Assembly: GCA_963699755.1 (NCBI GenBank)
Contig: CAVOVB010000002.1
Span: forward strand, 838,956 to 902,955
Direction of reading: 5' to 3'
Origin: an uncultured delta proteobacterium
GTDB lineage: Bacteria; Myxococcota_A; Polyangia; Polyangiales; Houyiibacteriaceae
DNA length: 64,000 bases
How positions within the stretch are numbered: position 1 is the stretch's first letter; each line of letters starts with the position of its first letter. The notes beneath the pieces were generated by a model. It was not told the origin of the DNA, did not search any database, and was given only the letters and a program-made list of their open reading frames with translations. This document shows, in pieces, positions 19,728 to 29,133 of this stretch. The position numbers were made by a program, and so were the translations under genes.

Positions 19728-19791
19728 TGCCGGCCTCCAGGCAACCAGGGCGCCCTGCCCTGGTCGTCTGCCAAGTTTCGGGCCGCGGGTC

Positions 19792-20811
19792 CTAGGGCAT
19801 GCGCGAGGCGATGTCTCTTGCGGTTTCAACGATGGTGTCGCGCAGCGGGCGCGCTCGCCAGTCGAGCCAGGTCCTCGCTTGCTGGTTGGAGAGGTCTATA
19901 TGCTCGCCAAGCCGGGGAACGATCAGGGCGACGGCTTTGTCGAACCGCCCAACGATGCGTACGAGCCAGTTGGGGAGAACCCGAGTCGGCACTTTGTAGC
20001 CGGCTGCTCTGATCTGCTCGGCGAGCTCGGCGTAGGAGCACTCTTCACCAAACAGAATGAATCGCTTTCCCGCCGCACCAGGCGCTCGCAGCGCGGCGAC
20101 ATGTGCGATCGCAACATCCCGCACGTCTACGATGGGCAGATACAGACGCGGAACGCCAGGTATGTCACGGTGAAGCAACTTGCGAATGAGCTCGTTTGAC
20201 GTGTTGTTGGTGCCGAGCAGCGACGGGCCCAGCACGTAGGCCGGGTTCATCACGGCCAGCTCCATGGGGGAATCTTCCGACAGGCCCTCGATGAATTCCC
20301 ACGCTGCGCGCTCGGCGAGAGTCTTGCTCTTTTCATATGCCGCCAGCGGTTGGTCGAGGTCCGACCAGTCGCTCTCGTCGAGGGCCTCCCCGCGATCGCC
20401 TTTCTCGTTGTGAACGATCGCGGCGATGGACGAGGTCATGACCACGCGTGAAACGCCTGCAGCCTGCGCGGCACGCAAGACGCGGAGAGTCCCATCTCGG
20501 GCAGGGCGGATGAGATCCTCCTCGTGCTCAGAGGGTGCCGCCGGCAGAGGCGAGGCCGTGTGAAGCACGTACTGAGCACCTTCGACCGCTGCCGACCATC
20601 CGTCGTCCTCGAGGAGGTTGGTGGCGACGAAGGATAAACGCGCTGCGGCCTCATCGTCGAGCGCGAGCGCCGCCCGGATCGCAGGTGCCTTGTCGAGGCT
20701 GCGCAGTGTCCCACGGACACGGTAGCCTTCGCGCAGCAGCTCGCGTATGCAGTGCAGCGCGATGAACCCCGAGGCCCCAGTCACCGTCACGAGTGTCGTG
20801 TTCTCCGTCAT
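19792..20811 (-). CDS. NAD-dependent epimerase / aldehyde reductase (extended SDR)
   Basis: VTGASGFIA, HTASP, YEKSK. Confidence 0.92.
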   Translation of the reverse strand: MTENTTLVTVTGASGFIALHCIRELLREGYRVRGTLRSLDKAPAIRAALALDDEAAARLSFVATNLLEDDGWSAAVEGAQYVLHTASPLPAAPSEHEEDLIRPARDGTLRVLRAAQAAGVSRVVMTSSIAAIVHNEKGDRGEALDESDWSDLDQPLAAYEKSKTLAERAAWEFIEGLSEDSPMELAVMNPAYVLGPSLLGTNNTSNELIRKLLHRDIPGVPRLYLPIVDVRDVAIAHVAALRAPGAAGKRFILFGEECSYAELAEQIRAAGYKVPTRVLPNWLVRIVGRFDKAVALIVPRLGEHIDLSNQQARTWLDWRARPLRDTIVETARDIASRMP

Positions 20812-21091
20812 CTGGTGTGTCTCCTCAGAATTCGATCGACCGGAGAATCGTCGATGTTTCCACGCTCGGGGTCAACCCAAACCTGCCCCCATGCTTCCGT
20901 TGCTCTCCGCGCTTTTCGCAACCGTCCGACCGTACCGTCCGGCGATCTCGCGGTAGGCCAGTCTGTCCCTGTTTCGATGCTGAGCTGCGATGTCCTCAGG
21001 TGTCCGCTCCGTGCGGTCAGGAGTGTCCAAGGCACGAGCTGCTGGAACAGGGCGGGGGACAGTGAGCGCTTCGCCGGTGGGGGCCTCCGGA

Positions 21092-22240
21092 CTAGGTGAG
21101 CCCCTTGTTCGGGTTGATCAGGTATTTCTCGCCTGTCGCCTGCTTTCCGTAGACCGAGATGGCGTCGAGGGTCAGGGCTTCCGCGAGGGAAACTTCCTGC
21201 GTGTAGCTGCTCGCGAAGGTTGTCTTGATTTCGGCAGCAACGCGTTCCTTCAATTTCCGAGAAGCTTCGGGGCCGATCTTCTGGAGAAACGGAAACAGCA
21301 ACCAGCCGCCCACGCCCCAGGCCATGCCAAAGCTTCGGGTGAGGACGATGGGGCTGCGATCGAGGCCGCCATAAATGTAGACCTGCTTGTATGTGGTCGT
21401 GCCGTACGGGCTGTACGGGGCCCCTCTTGCACTCGCGGCCGCTTCCATGCAGGTGAGGATCTGCCCCGCCAGCGTGCCGCCGCCGATGGCGTCGAAGGCC
21501 AGTGTCGCGCCCGTGGCGATGAGCGCGTCGGTCAGATCTTTCATGAACGTCGGTTCGCTGGAGTTGCAAACATGGCTGGCACCCATGCCCCGGAGCAGCG
21601 CGACCTGTTCGGCTTTGCGCACGATGTTGACCAGCGGCACCTCATCCGCGAGGCAGACCTTCTGCAGCATCTGGCCGAGATTGGAGGCCGCTGCGGTGTG
21701 TACGAGAGCGCTGTGGCCCTCGAGGCGCATGGTTTCGACCATGCCGAGCGACGTCAGAGGATTGACGAACCAGAACGCGCCCTGTGCTGGCGTGGTGCCG
21801 TCGGGCAAAGGAAGTGCCTGGTTTGCGGAAACGCAGCGGTACTGCGAGTACATGGCTCCGCCGATGATCCCGACGGTCTTGCCGATCAACGCCTGCGCGG
21901 ACTTGTCGGCACCGGCCGCGACCACGATGCCGGCGCCTTCGTTACCCACCGCCATCGACTTATCGACCCGGGCTGCCATTGCAGGCATGAGCTTGTCGGG
22001 AACGCTTGCGGTGACGACCGGACGATCCGCGCTGCCCGAGGCGCGCAGGGTCGTAGGGTCCGCGGCACCGAAGAGCAGGCCAAGATCGGACGGGTTGATC
22101 GGCGATGCTTCGACATGGACCAGCACCTCATCGTCTTTGGGTTCTGGGATAGGCACCGTCACGAGCGACAACTCGAGCGTGCCGTCCCGTTTGATGATCG
22201 ATCGCAACTGCAGCGCGTCACCCGAAAGCTTCTTGGTCAT
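21092..22240 (-). CDS. Zinc-binding (MDR) dehydrogenase family protein
   Basis: ASPINPSD, GNEGAG, HTAAASNLGQM. Confidence 0.9.
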   Translation of the reverse strand: MTKKLSGDALQLRSIIKRDGTLELSLVTVPIPEPKDDEVLVHVEASPINPSDLGLLFGAADPTTLRASGSADRPVVTASVPDKLMPAMAARVDKSMAVGNEGAGIVVAAGADKSAQALIGKTVGIIGGAMYSQYRCVSANQALPLPDGTTPAQGAFWFVNPLTSLGMVETMRLEGHSALVHTAAASNLGQMLQKVCLADEVPLVNIVRKAEQVALLRGMGASHVCNSSEPTFMKDLTDALIATGATLAFDAIGGGTLAGQILTCMEAAASARGAPYSPYGTTTYKQVYIYGGLDRSPIVLTRSFGMAWGVGGWLLFPFLQKIGPEASRKLKERVAAEIKTTFASSYTQEVSLAEALTLDAISVYGKQATGEKYLINPNKGLT

Positions 22241-22478
22241 GGTGTGGTCGATTCGGTGAGACCCTGACCGGAGCGGTCAGCGTCCAGGGCTGATTGTAAG
22301 AACAAACGCCCGTGCCGTGTTCCAGGAACTGAGCCTGGGAGCGAGAACGACGCGATTCGGGACCCGAATGGGCGAAGAGAGGGCGAAGCTCGCCACGGGG
22401 GTCCACAATGGAGCTTGCATGTTGGAGTGCATGTGGCTCGCCCGCTAGACTTCTGAATGGGAGCTTGGGGGACCTGGC

Positions 22479-23279
22479 ATGGCGAATAGCTCGACATTGA
22501 GTCGAATGGGACTCCTGGTCGGTGCGGGATTTCTGATCGCCGCGGCATTGCTGGTTTCGAACGCCCCGTCGGGCCTGAGGATGTTCGGACAGGGCGGGCA
22601 CTACTCGAAGGTAGGCCAGTCGGTCGTCGAGAAGGTGCGCGACCTCGCGGCCCTGACCACGGTCGAGGTCGTCGAGTCCACGACCATCGACAAAGGCAAC
22701 GACTTCGGCTGGCTCAACTGGGCGCGAGGCGACCGGGTCTTCATGTTCGTCGTCGCGAAGATCGGCGCCGGCATCGACTTCGAGCAGTTCTATACAGAGA
22801 GCTTCGAGGTCGACAGCGAGTCCGGCACCGTTTTCGTTCAGATGCCCCCCGCAGAGATTACCTACGTGGCCATCGACAACGCGCAAACGCAGGTCATCGA
22901 CCGAGACACCGGCCTCTTCACCAAGGGCGACCCCAAGCTAGAGTCCGACGCAAGGCAGGTCGCAGAACAGGTCCTCCGAAACGCTGCCATCGAGGCGGGG
23001 ATCCTCGACCGAGCGCAAAAGAACGCGCGCGCGATCATCGAGGGACTGCTGCTCGAGCTCGGGTACACGCGCGTGGTGTTCGGGCGCGACCGGGTGTCAA
23101 GTATGCTGAGGCCGTCCGGCTCACGATTCAGACGCAACCAAGTCGGGCAGGAAACCCGCGAGCGTGCTCATCTCTTCGTGGCAATGGACGGCAAGCGCGC
23201 GACCGAAGGACATCCGAGCGAGGATCCGGCGAACCCAAGGACGGTTTCCGATTGCACCAGGTGCTTCGCTCCGATCTGA
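22479..23279 (+). CDS. DUF4230-like protein; 3' end probably runs on into the adjacent relic
   Basis: N-terminal TM; AGIDF..LP..EI; AGIL..A..NA pattern ends near 23085. Confidence 0.65.
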   Translation: MANSSTLSRMGLLVGAGFLIAAALLVSNAPSGLRMFGQGGHYSKVGQSVVEKVRDLAALTTVEVVESTTIDKGNDFGWLNWARGDRVFMFVVAKIGAGIDFEQFYTESFEVDSESGTVFVQMPPAEITYVAIDNAQTQVIDRDTGLFTKGDPKLESDARQVAEQVLRNAAIEAGILDRAQKNARAIIEGLLLELGYTRVVFGRDRVSSMLRPSGSRFRRNQVGQETRERAHLFVAMDGKRATEGHPSEDPANPRTVSDCTRCFAPI

Positions 23280-23515
23280 GTGCCTGGGCGCTTGTCTTCC
23301 CAGGCCATCCAGACGTGGTCCCGCGGGTGCCAGCGTCTGTAGTGCTCGGTGGTCTGCATGTATTTCCCGAACCATCAGCCGATCATCTTTGGTGAAACGC
23401 CTGGCATGCGTGTGAGGACGGCGACGTGAAGAACGCCGTCGGGCAGCTGCTCGACCCCGCTGAGATAAGGCAGCGTTTCGGGGGTCAGGAGCGTGGGGAG
23501 GTCTTCGAGCTTCAT
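23121..23515 (-). pseudogene. DAPG hydrolase (PhlG-like) pseudogene
   Basis: VLTRMPGVSPKMIG*WF..YRRWHPRDH; HCHEEMSTLAGFLP in another frame. Confidence 0.7.
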
Positions 23516-23730
23516 GTCGCGACCTGCATGAACAGGACCAGCCCGACCAAAAGGATCGCGAACGCGGCCATCCCGTGTCGGCGCGTGGGAGCGGAGACGC
23601 CGCTGTTCTTGTCGATCCATTGCGGGAGGAACAACATCCACGCCTTGCCCGACTCACGGTATGCGCGGATCGACGCGTAGATGCTGTACCAAAATCCGAC
23701 TATCAATAGAGCCAGTACGGGCTTGGACAT
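23512..23730 (-). CDS. Small membrane protein
   Basis: Two hydrophobic segments; ATGA overlap with the downstream gene. Confidence 0.55.
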   Translation of the reverse strand: MSKPVLALLIVGFWYSIYASIRAYRESGKAWMLFLPQWIDKNSGVSAPTRRHGMAAFAILLVGLVLFMQVAT

Positions 23731-23736
23731 GGGCGC

Positions 23737-24135
23737 CTAGAGCGAGCACCAGGGGTGGCCGTCTTGGCCCGGAATGCAGCTTCCTTCCAGGACCTGTGGT
23801 GCGGGGCAGTCGGCGGCGAGGCAACGTTCGCACAGGCGGATTGGCAAAAAGAACGATGGCGAGCGTACCTTGCTGCCGTCAGCGATAGAGCCGATGGCTT
23901 GGAGTTGGGCCGTCAGCTCAGGAGCAGTCAGCTCGGGATCCAAAACGGTGGGAGATTCGCAGCTTGCGTCCGGGCGGACGGCGCCGTGAATCGCGAGGGC
24001 CCCATCGAGCGGGTCGAAAGCCCCAACGCCGCCGCTTCCACCGGTGCCGCCGTCATCATGTCCACCAGTCGAGCCCGAGCATGCGACGGTGAGGACTGCG
24101 CCGACGATGAAGACCATTTCCGCAAACTTCGGCAC
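23737..24135 (-). CDS. Hypothetical lipoprotein (possibly truncated)
   Basis: LTVAC lipobox followed by a Gly-rich linker. Confidence 0.45.
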   Translation of the reverse strand: MPKFAEMVFIVGAVLTVACSGSTGGHDDGGTGGSGGVGAFDPLDGALAIHGAVRPDASCESPTVLDPELTAPELTAQLQAIGSIADGSKVRSPSFFLPIRLCERCLAADCPAPQVLEGSCIPGQDGHPWCSL

Positions 24136-24351
24136 TGCCGAAGGAGACTAGCATGGAACATGCCTCGCAATGCTCCGGCATCCTCGCGAGCTGGATCGGA
24201 GGATTAGACTAACGCCGAGGCGCGGCGGTCTCGAGCTCTGTGGTTGACCGTGTTTCCCTTCCCGACGTATTCTGGCGCTTCACTGATCTGCTGACCGTTC
24301 GCGTAAGCCTTCATCGTTGGCGGTCCCCATGCTCACGTGGAGGGTTCTCCG

Positions 24352-25980
24352 ATGTATTTGCACGTTTCGCAACTCAATGACCGCGCTCCGCTGCTGCTTC
24401 CCTCCGCCGCGTTGTTCGGACTGTTCCTGCTGGCGAGCCCCGCATTGGCGGATGGCTCGCTGAGTGTCGGGACCTGTGTGCGCGACATCACACCCATCTC
24501 GCCAAGTCTGGCGACGGCCTACGAGGCCGCGTTCGGTGTGCCTGCCGTCGTCAATCACACCGACCCGATCTACATGGCCGGCTTTGGGAATGGCCGCGAG
24601 GCGACTGACTACAATGATCGCCTATGGGCGCGCGGCGTGGTGCTCGACCGGGGGGATTCGCGCGTTGCGATCGTCAGCATCGACTTGGTTGGGTACTTCA
24701 AGAACGAGGTCGACACGATCCGTGCGCTCGTCTCGCCTTCATCGGAGATCGACTTCGTCCTCGTGTCGAGCACGCACCAACACGAAGGGCCCGATACGCT
24801 CGGCTTGTGGGGCCCCGACGAGACCACCACGGGAATCGACTACGCCTACCTCGATTTCGTGAACACCGCCGTGGCGGACTGCATCGACGAAGCCTCGGCG
24901 AGCCGCGAGAAGGCGCGCATCTACTACGCCACCACCAACAGCGCAGGCCTCTCGCTGGGCGTTGATCCGGAGGACGATGGCTTCGGCGTGGCGGACGGCA
25001 AGGTGCTCGAAGGCGACGAGGCACTCGCCCCAGCCACCGAAGGTCGCATCGTCGACCCGACGATCGCCACGATGCAGCTCACTGCGCGCAACGGCAGCTC
25101 GCTCGAAGTGCTCGCCACCCTCGTGAACTTCGGGAGTCACCCGGAGAGCCTTGGCTCGAACAACACGCTCATCACCTCGGACTTCCCGCACTACGTTCGG
25201 GAGCGCATTGAAGCCGAGTACGGTGGAGTCGCAATTTGGATGGCTGGCGACCTGGGCGTGCTCCAGGGGCCCCTCGATATCGACGTCGAGGACCCGGAGA
25301 CCGGTATGCCCGCGCCGCAGCGCACCTTCCGCTTCGCCGAAGTCCACGGCACCCAGCTCGCCGAGCGCGCAATCGAGGCGATCGACGCTGTGCGTTTCGG
25401 AGGGAACAAACGCCCAAGTCCCAAGAATGGCGCACCGGCACCCGAAATTTCCTACGCCACAGTCGACCCTCTAGCGATCCGGCTCGACAACCCGTACTTC
25501 CGCTTCTTCACCGCAATCGGCGTCCTCGACGTGCGGCGGGACCTCTTCACGAACGGCGTGCCCGATGACTCGGTAGGCTTTCCCTTCCCTCCGCCCTTCG
25601 ACGTGATCCCACAATCGCTCGGCGAGGATCTTCAGACTGAGGTAAGCGCGGTGCGCATCGGCAAGGGTGCCATTGCGGTGGTGCCGACCGAGCTCGACCC
25701 GCAGATCGGCGGGACCTATCGGAGCGCCCTGGTGAACGCGACCGGAGCTGAGCATAGCTTCATCGCTGGCCTTGCAAACGACCAGATCGGTTACCAAGTT
25801 CCGTTCGAGAAGTTCGACCCGAGCTGTCACATCTGTGCGCCCTTCGTTCTGGGTGGCGTTCCGCAGCTCTGTCCGCTCTTCCCGAACATCGACTGCAGCA
25901 CCGTGTTCCAGAACAATGTGGGAGCAGACGTGAGTCCAAAGGTAACCGACGCGATCCACGAGGCAATCGGCGGCCTCTGA
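24352..25980 (+). CDS. Neutral/alkaline ceramidase-like secreted protein
   Basis: STHQHEGPDTLGLWG; NFGSHPE; GLANDQIGY. Confidence 0.75.
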   Translation: MYLHVSQLNDRAPLLLPSAALFGLFLLASPALADGSLSVGTCVRDITPISPSLATAYEAAFGVPAVVNHTDPIYMAGFGNGREATDYNDRLWARGVVLDRGDSRVAIVSIDLVGYFKNEVDTIRALVSPSSEIDFVLVSSTHQHEGPDTLGLWGPDETTTGIDYAYLDFVNTAVADCIDEASASREKARIYYATTNSAGLSLGVDPEDDGFGVADGKVLEGDEALAPATEGRIVDPTIATMQLTARNGSSLEVLATLVNFGSHPESLGSNNTLITSDFPHYVRERIEAEYGGVAIWMAGDLGVLQGPLDIDVEDPETGMPAPQRTFRFAEVHGTQLAERAIEAIDAVRFGGNKRPSPKNGAPAPEISYATVDPLAIRLDNPYFRFFTAIGVLDVRRDLFTNGVPDDSVGFPFPPPFDVIPQSLGEDLQTEVSAVRIGKGAIAVVPTELDPQIGGTYRSALVNATGAEHSFIAGLANDQIGYQVPFEKFDPSCHICAPFVLGGVPQLCPLFPNIDCSTVFQNNVGADVSPKVTDAIHEAIGGL

Positions 25981-25993
25981 GGCCAGCGATCGG

Positions 25994-27145
25994 ATGAGTG
26001 CAGCTTCGGGCTACGACCACCAAACGGCTGCGATGCGGCTCGCCGTCGCGGCCCTCGTTGCCTTCGTAGCCGGGCCGACACGCGCCCATGTCGTCTACGG
26101 CACCCCTACCCTGTCTCTGCTGACGCAGGATGCGGACCTCGTGCTACGCGTACGCATCATCGATCCCTCTAGCGACCTTCCGCTCGCAGGCTCTTCGGCG
26201 CGCGATGCGGGCGTGGTCGCCAAGGTCCTGCAGGCGCTCAAGGGCAGCTACGCCGAAGAACGCGTGGCGTTTGTGCAGCACGGCCACGGCTCCCCCGAGT
26301 ACGAGAAAGGAGAGGAGGTAATGGTCTTTCTCAAGCGCATCGAGCGCAGCCCAGAGCTCGGGGGGCGCGCCGTGGCGAGCCGCATCCACTGGGTCTCCGA
26401 ACAGGAGGCCGGCGCCCGGTTTGCGGTCAATGCGCGCGTCCGAGCGGACGTGGTTGCGGCGGTTCGAGCCTACACACAAGTCGAGGCGCTCGCGCCCGAA
26501 GCCCGGCCGGAGGCCATGCATCGAATCACGCTGGAGCTCCTCGCCTCACCCCATCCGATGCTCTCCTCCTCGGCTCTCCGAGATCTGGTGATGGCCGGCG
26601 ATGCCTCGCTTCTCAGCGCCCAGGATCTCCCGGTCCTGGAACCTTTGCTTGGGAGCCCTGCGACTTCCATCGGCATACGCATCGGCCTGCTCGTCGAGCT
26701 CGAACGCCGGGGCCTTGTCGACGGCCCAGCACGTTGGGCCAAGCTCTTGCGCACGACGACGGGCAAAGACCGTCTCGCCGCCGTGCGCGCCAGCGCGGCG
26801 CACCCGAGCGAGCCGGTGACCGCGGAGCTTCTTGCGCTGCTGGCGAACGACGACGATCAGCTCGTGGCCGCGGCAGCGGTGGCGCTAGGAACCGCTGGCA
26901 ACGATGCAGCGATAGCCCCACTGGCGAAACTACTCGCGTCCGACGAGTCGCGTGTGCGGATGGCGGCGATCCGTGGCCTCGGGCGGGTAGCCACGCCGCG
27001 TGCGAGGGAGGTGCTGGTGAAGACCGCGGCAGCGCATCCCGACGCGTCGACGCGTCGACGGGCCGGCGCCGAGGTGCGACTGCTCGATCGGCACACGACC
27101 TCCGCGGGCGCCATCCGCGAACGCGCTAGTTCTCCACAGCAGTGA
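25994..27145 (+). CDS. Secreted HEAT-repeat protein
   Basis: Signal peptide; repeated AAxALG..VRMAAIRGLG. Confidence 0.75.
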   Translation: MSAASGYDHQTAAMRLAVAALVAFVAGPTRAHVVYGTPTLSLLTQDADLVLRVRIIDPSSDLPLAGSSARDAGVVAKVLQALKGSYAEERVAFVQHGHGSPEYEKGEEVMVFLKRIERSPELGGRAVASRIHWVSEQEAGARFAVNARVRADVVAAVRAYTQVEALAPEARPEAMHRITLELLASPHPMLSSSALRDLVMAGDASLLSAQDLPVLEPLLGSPATSIGIRIGLLVELERRGLVDGPARWAKLLRTTTGKDRLAAVRASAAHPSEPVTAELLALLANDDDQLVAAAAVALGTAGNDAAIAPLAKLLASDESRVRMAAIRGLGRVATPRAREVLVKTAAAHPDASTRRRAGAEVRLLDRHTTSAGAIRERASSPQQ

Positions 27146-27224
27146 TTACAGGAGGGCCAACGCCACTCTAGTGGGGCATTTCTTTGATTCGTTCGAGGAT
27201 GATCACTACCTCCGCAACCTGCGC

Positions 27225-27353
27225 TCAACTAGCCTTCGGTGCTTCCTTCAGGCGTGGCACCGGTACTTCGAGGAGCTCAAACGAAGGCGAATCGACCATC
27301 CCTTCGGGCCGAGCCCGCAATACCCATTGGCGATTATTGGTGCGTTCAGGCAT
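27225..27353 (-). pseudogene. 5' fragment of an NADP-dependent oxidoreductase (CurA-like)
   Basis: NRQWVLRARPEG..FEL.EVPVP.L, then a stop. Confidence 0.6.
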
Positions 27354-27432
27354 GCATCCTCCATGGCGCTCGCGAGCGGATCGCGACGCCGCAGCGATCG
27401 AAGTCACGAATGGCCGCGCAACGCATGCGCTT

Positions 27433-27534
27433 TTGCTCGCACAGCTCTTTGCGATGCCCCAACTTCACGACCAGCACCAGATCGGGGGACTCGATGCGGC
27501 AGATCACGGGGCAGTCACCGACGCGCAGGCGGCG
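27433..27534 (-). pseudogene. Degenerate RelE toxin 3' fragment
   Basis: RRLRVGDCPVICRIESPDLVLVVKLGHRKE aligns with the RelE at 57821-58084. Confidence 0.6.
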
Positions 27535-27568
27535 GTCGGCGGGTATCGGGATGGATGAGGCCGCGCGG

Positions 27569-29062
27569 CTCATGATTGGTCACATCTTTTGGCGATGAGA
27601 AAGCCTTGGGCGAGGTCGAGAAGCTTGAGGTAGCCACGACCGAGCACGAGCCAGCCCGGTTCGCCGTTTCGTTTCAGGTGTCCTCCGAGCCGTGCAATGG
27701 CGAGCAGGGCCTGGCGAAGCGTGGGGTGTTTGGGAAGTGGTTTCTCGGCGACGTGGCGCAAGACATCGAGTTCGACCGAGGACAGCACGGTCTCGGCCGG
27801 TTGCTTTGCTCCTTCCTGCGCCATCGTTCTGAGCCGCAGCAGGTTCCACGCGATCGGTAAGAAGAGCGCCAGTGCGTTGACCAGGGTCCGATAGCTCCCT
27901 AGTTCCCGCTTCTCGTACGCACACCCCGTCTTGAGCGCCTTGAAGAGCTCCTCGATCTTCCATCGATGCCGATAGCCATCGACCACCGCCAGGATTTGTT
28001 CCTGCGTGTCGATTGGCTCGGTCGTCATCAGCGTCCACTCCACCGGCTCCACTTCATCCGGAGCGTCGACCTCCCGCACCCAGACGATATTGAGTGGCAC
28101 GGCGTACGCCTCTTTCTTTCGATGGTAGTGCGGTGCTCGAATCTCGACGGCACCAGCTCCGATCGTCAGTGTTGCTTGCCGCGATTGGCGAGGAAGCCGT
28201 TGTTTGGTGTTGGCGCGAAATCGGGTCTTGGTTCGTTTGGACAGATGCACGTCGCGCGTGCACACGATGGAGCTCGACGACACGAATTGCTTGAGTTTGT
28301 TGGGCTCGTCGGCCTCGGCGTGCAGTCGACGATTGCCACCGGCGCGGATAATGAAGCGGTACCGTCCGCTCACGAGTTTGCGCAAAAGCGCATAGTCGTC
28401 GGCTTCGCTATCCATCACATGAATCAGCGAAGAAGCGTCTTCGAAGACGGTCTCCGTCTGTTCGACCGTCGACATCCATCGGTCTTGTTCGTTGGGCCAG
28501 CCCTCTGCGCCGTGTGGAATCTTCTCACCGCGAAGCCGTCGCTGCCGCATCGTGTTGTTGCCCCGCGCCCACGGGCTCAGGCCGACGACGCCAAGCGCGA
28601 CACCATCGAGCCCTGCTGCCATCGCGATATGCCCGAACAGCGTTCGGCCTGCGTATTCGCCCAGCCCCTCTCGCGGCGTGCCGAATTGAAACAAGGTCGT
28701 GTCCTGTACACAAAGCACCGCATCTCGATTGGCACACCGGCCTACCGTCGCTTGGATGTGCGGCGCCAAGATGCGATCGGCATCGACGCGGTCATTGCTG
28801 ACAAACCGGTAGAAGGCCTCCAGCTCCGCTTCGGTCATGGCGTTGGGAAACCCCACATCCGGCTTCGCCTCGAGCGCTTCAGCGATCTTCTCTAGCCTCG
28901 TATTCAGCCTCTGGTCTCCAAGAGCCGCCCCCGCGTATTCGCTTTGGACCAGTCGTTTGTCTTCCCCCATAGACCAGGTAGATCACAGCGGCGCCGACCC
29001 AGCAACACCGCTCCCTAACCGATCGAAATCAGACCGCCTTTCGACTTGTGTAGGATCATGCG
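27569..29062 (-). mobile_element. IS4-family (IS50-like) insertion sequence
   Basis: Imperfect terminal IRs catgat....caca at both ends; flanks ccgcgcgg / ccgcgcgc as a probable target duplication. Confidence 0.8.
27570..28970 (-). CDS. IS4-family transposase
   Basis: LGDQRLNTRL; QDTT; DSEAD; YRHRWKIEELFKALKTG (YREK). Confidence 0.95.
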   Translation of the reverse strand: MGEDKRLVQSEYAGAALGDQRLNTRLEKIAEALEAKPDVGFPNAMTEAELEAFYRFVSNDRVDADRILAPHIQATVGRCANRDAVLCVQDTTLFQFGTPREGLGEYAGRTLFGHIAMAAGLDGVALGVVGLSPWARGNNTMRQRRLRGEKIPHGAEGWPNEQDRWMSTVEQTETVFEDASSLIHVMDSEADDYALLRKLVSGRYRFIIRAGGNRRLHAEADEPNKLKQFVSSSSIVCTRDVHLSKRTKTRFRANTKQRLPRQSRQATLTIGAGAVEIRAPHYHRKKEAYAVPLNIVWVREVDAPDEVEPVEWTLMTTEPIDTQEQILAVVDGYRHRWKIEELFKALKTGCAYEKRELGSYRTLVNALALFLPIAWNLLRLRTMAQEGAKQPAETVLSSVELDVLRHVAEKPLPKHPTLRQALLAIARLGGHLKRNGEPGWLVLGRGYLKLLDLAQGFLIAKRCDQS

Positions 29063-29133
29063 CCGCGCGCCCTGTTGGGTTTCGCGTGTTTGGGACCGTT
29101 CGGGTCGCTTTTTTGGGCGGGCCGTGGTTTTGG

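Noticed and set aside
5110..19766. CAACCAGGG hairpin as an ordinary intrinsic terminator
   Set aside because: No U-tract and the loop is conserved, so it is kept as a repeat; a terminator role is not excluded
17053..22267. Long antisense ORFs (e.g. 17053-18345 minus, 20990-22267 plus)
   Set aside because: Shadow frames of well-supported genes in high-GC DNA
27569..29062. IS4 transposase as the mobiliser of the arrays
   Set aside because: Its terminal repeats resemble none of the array repeats and it is a single self-contained copy
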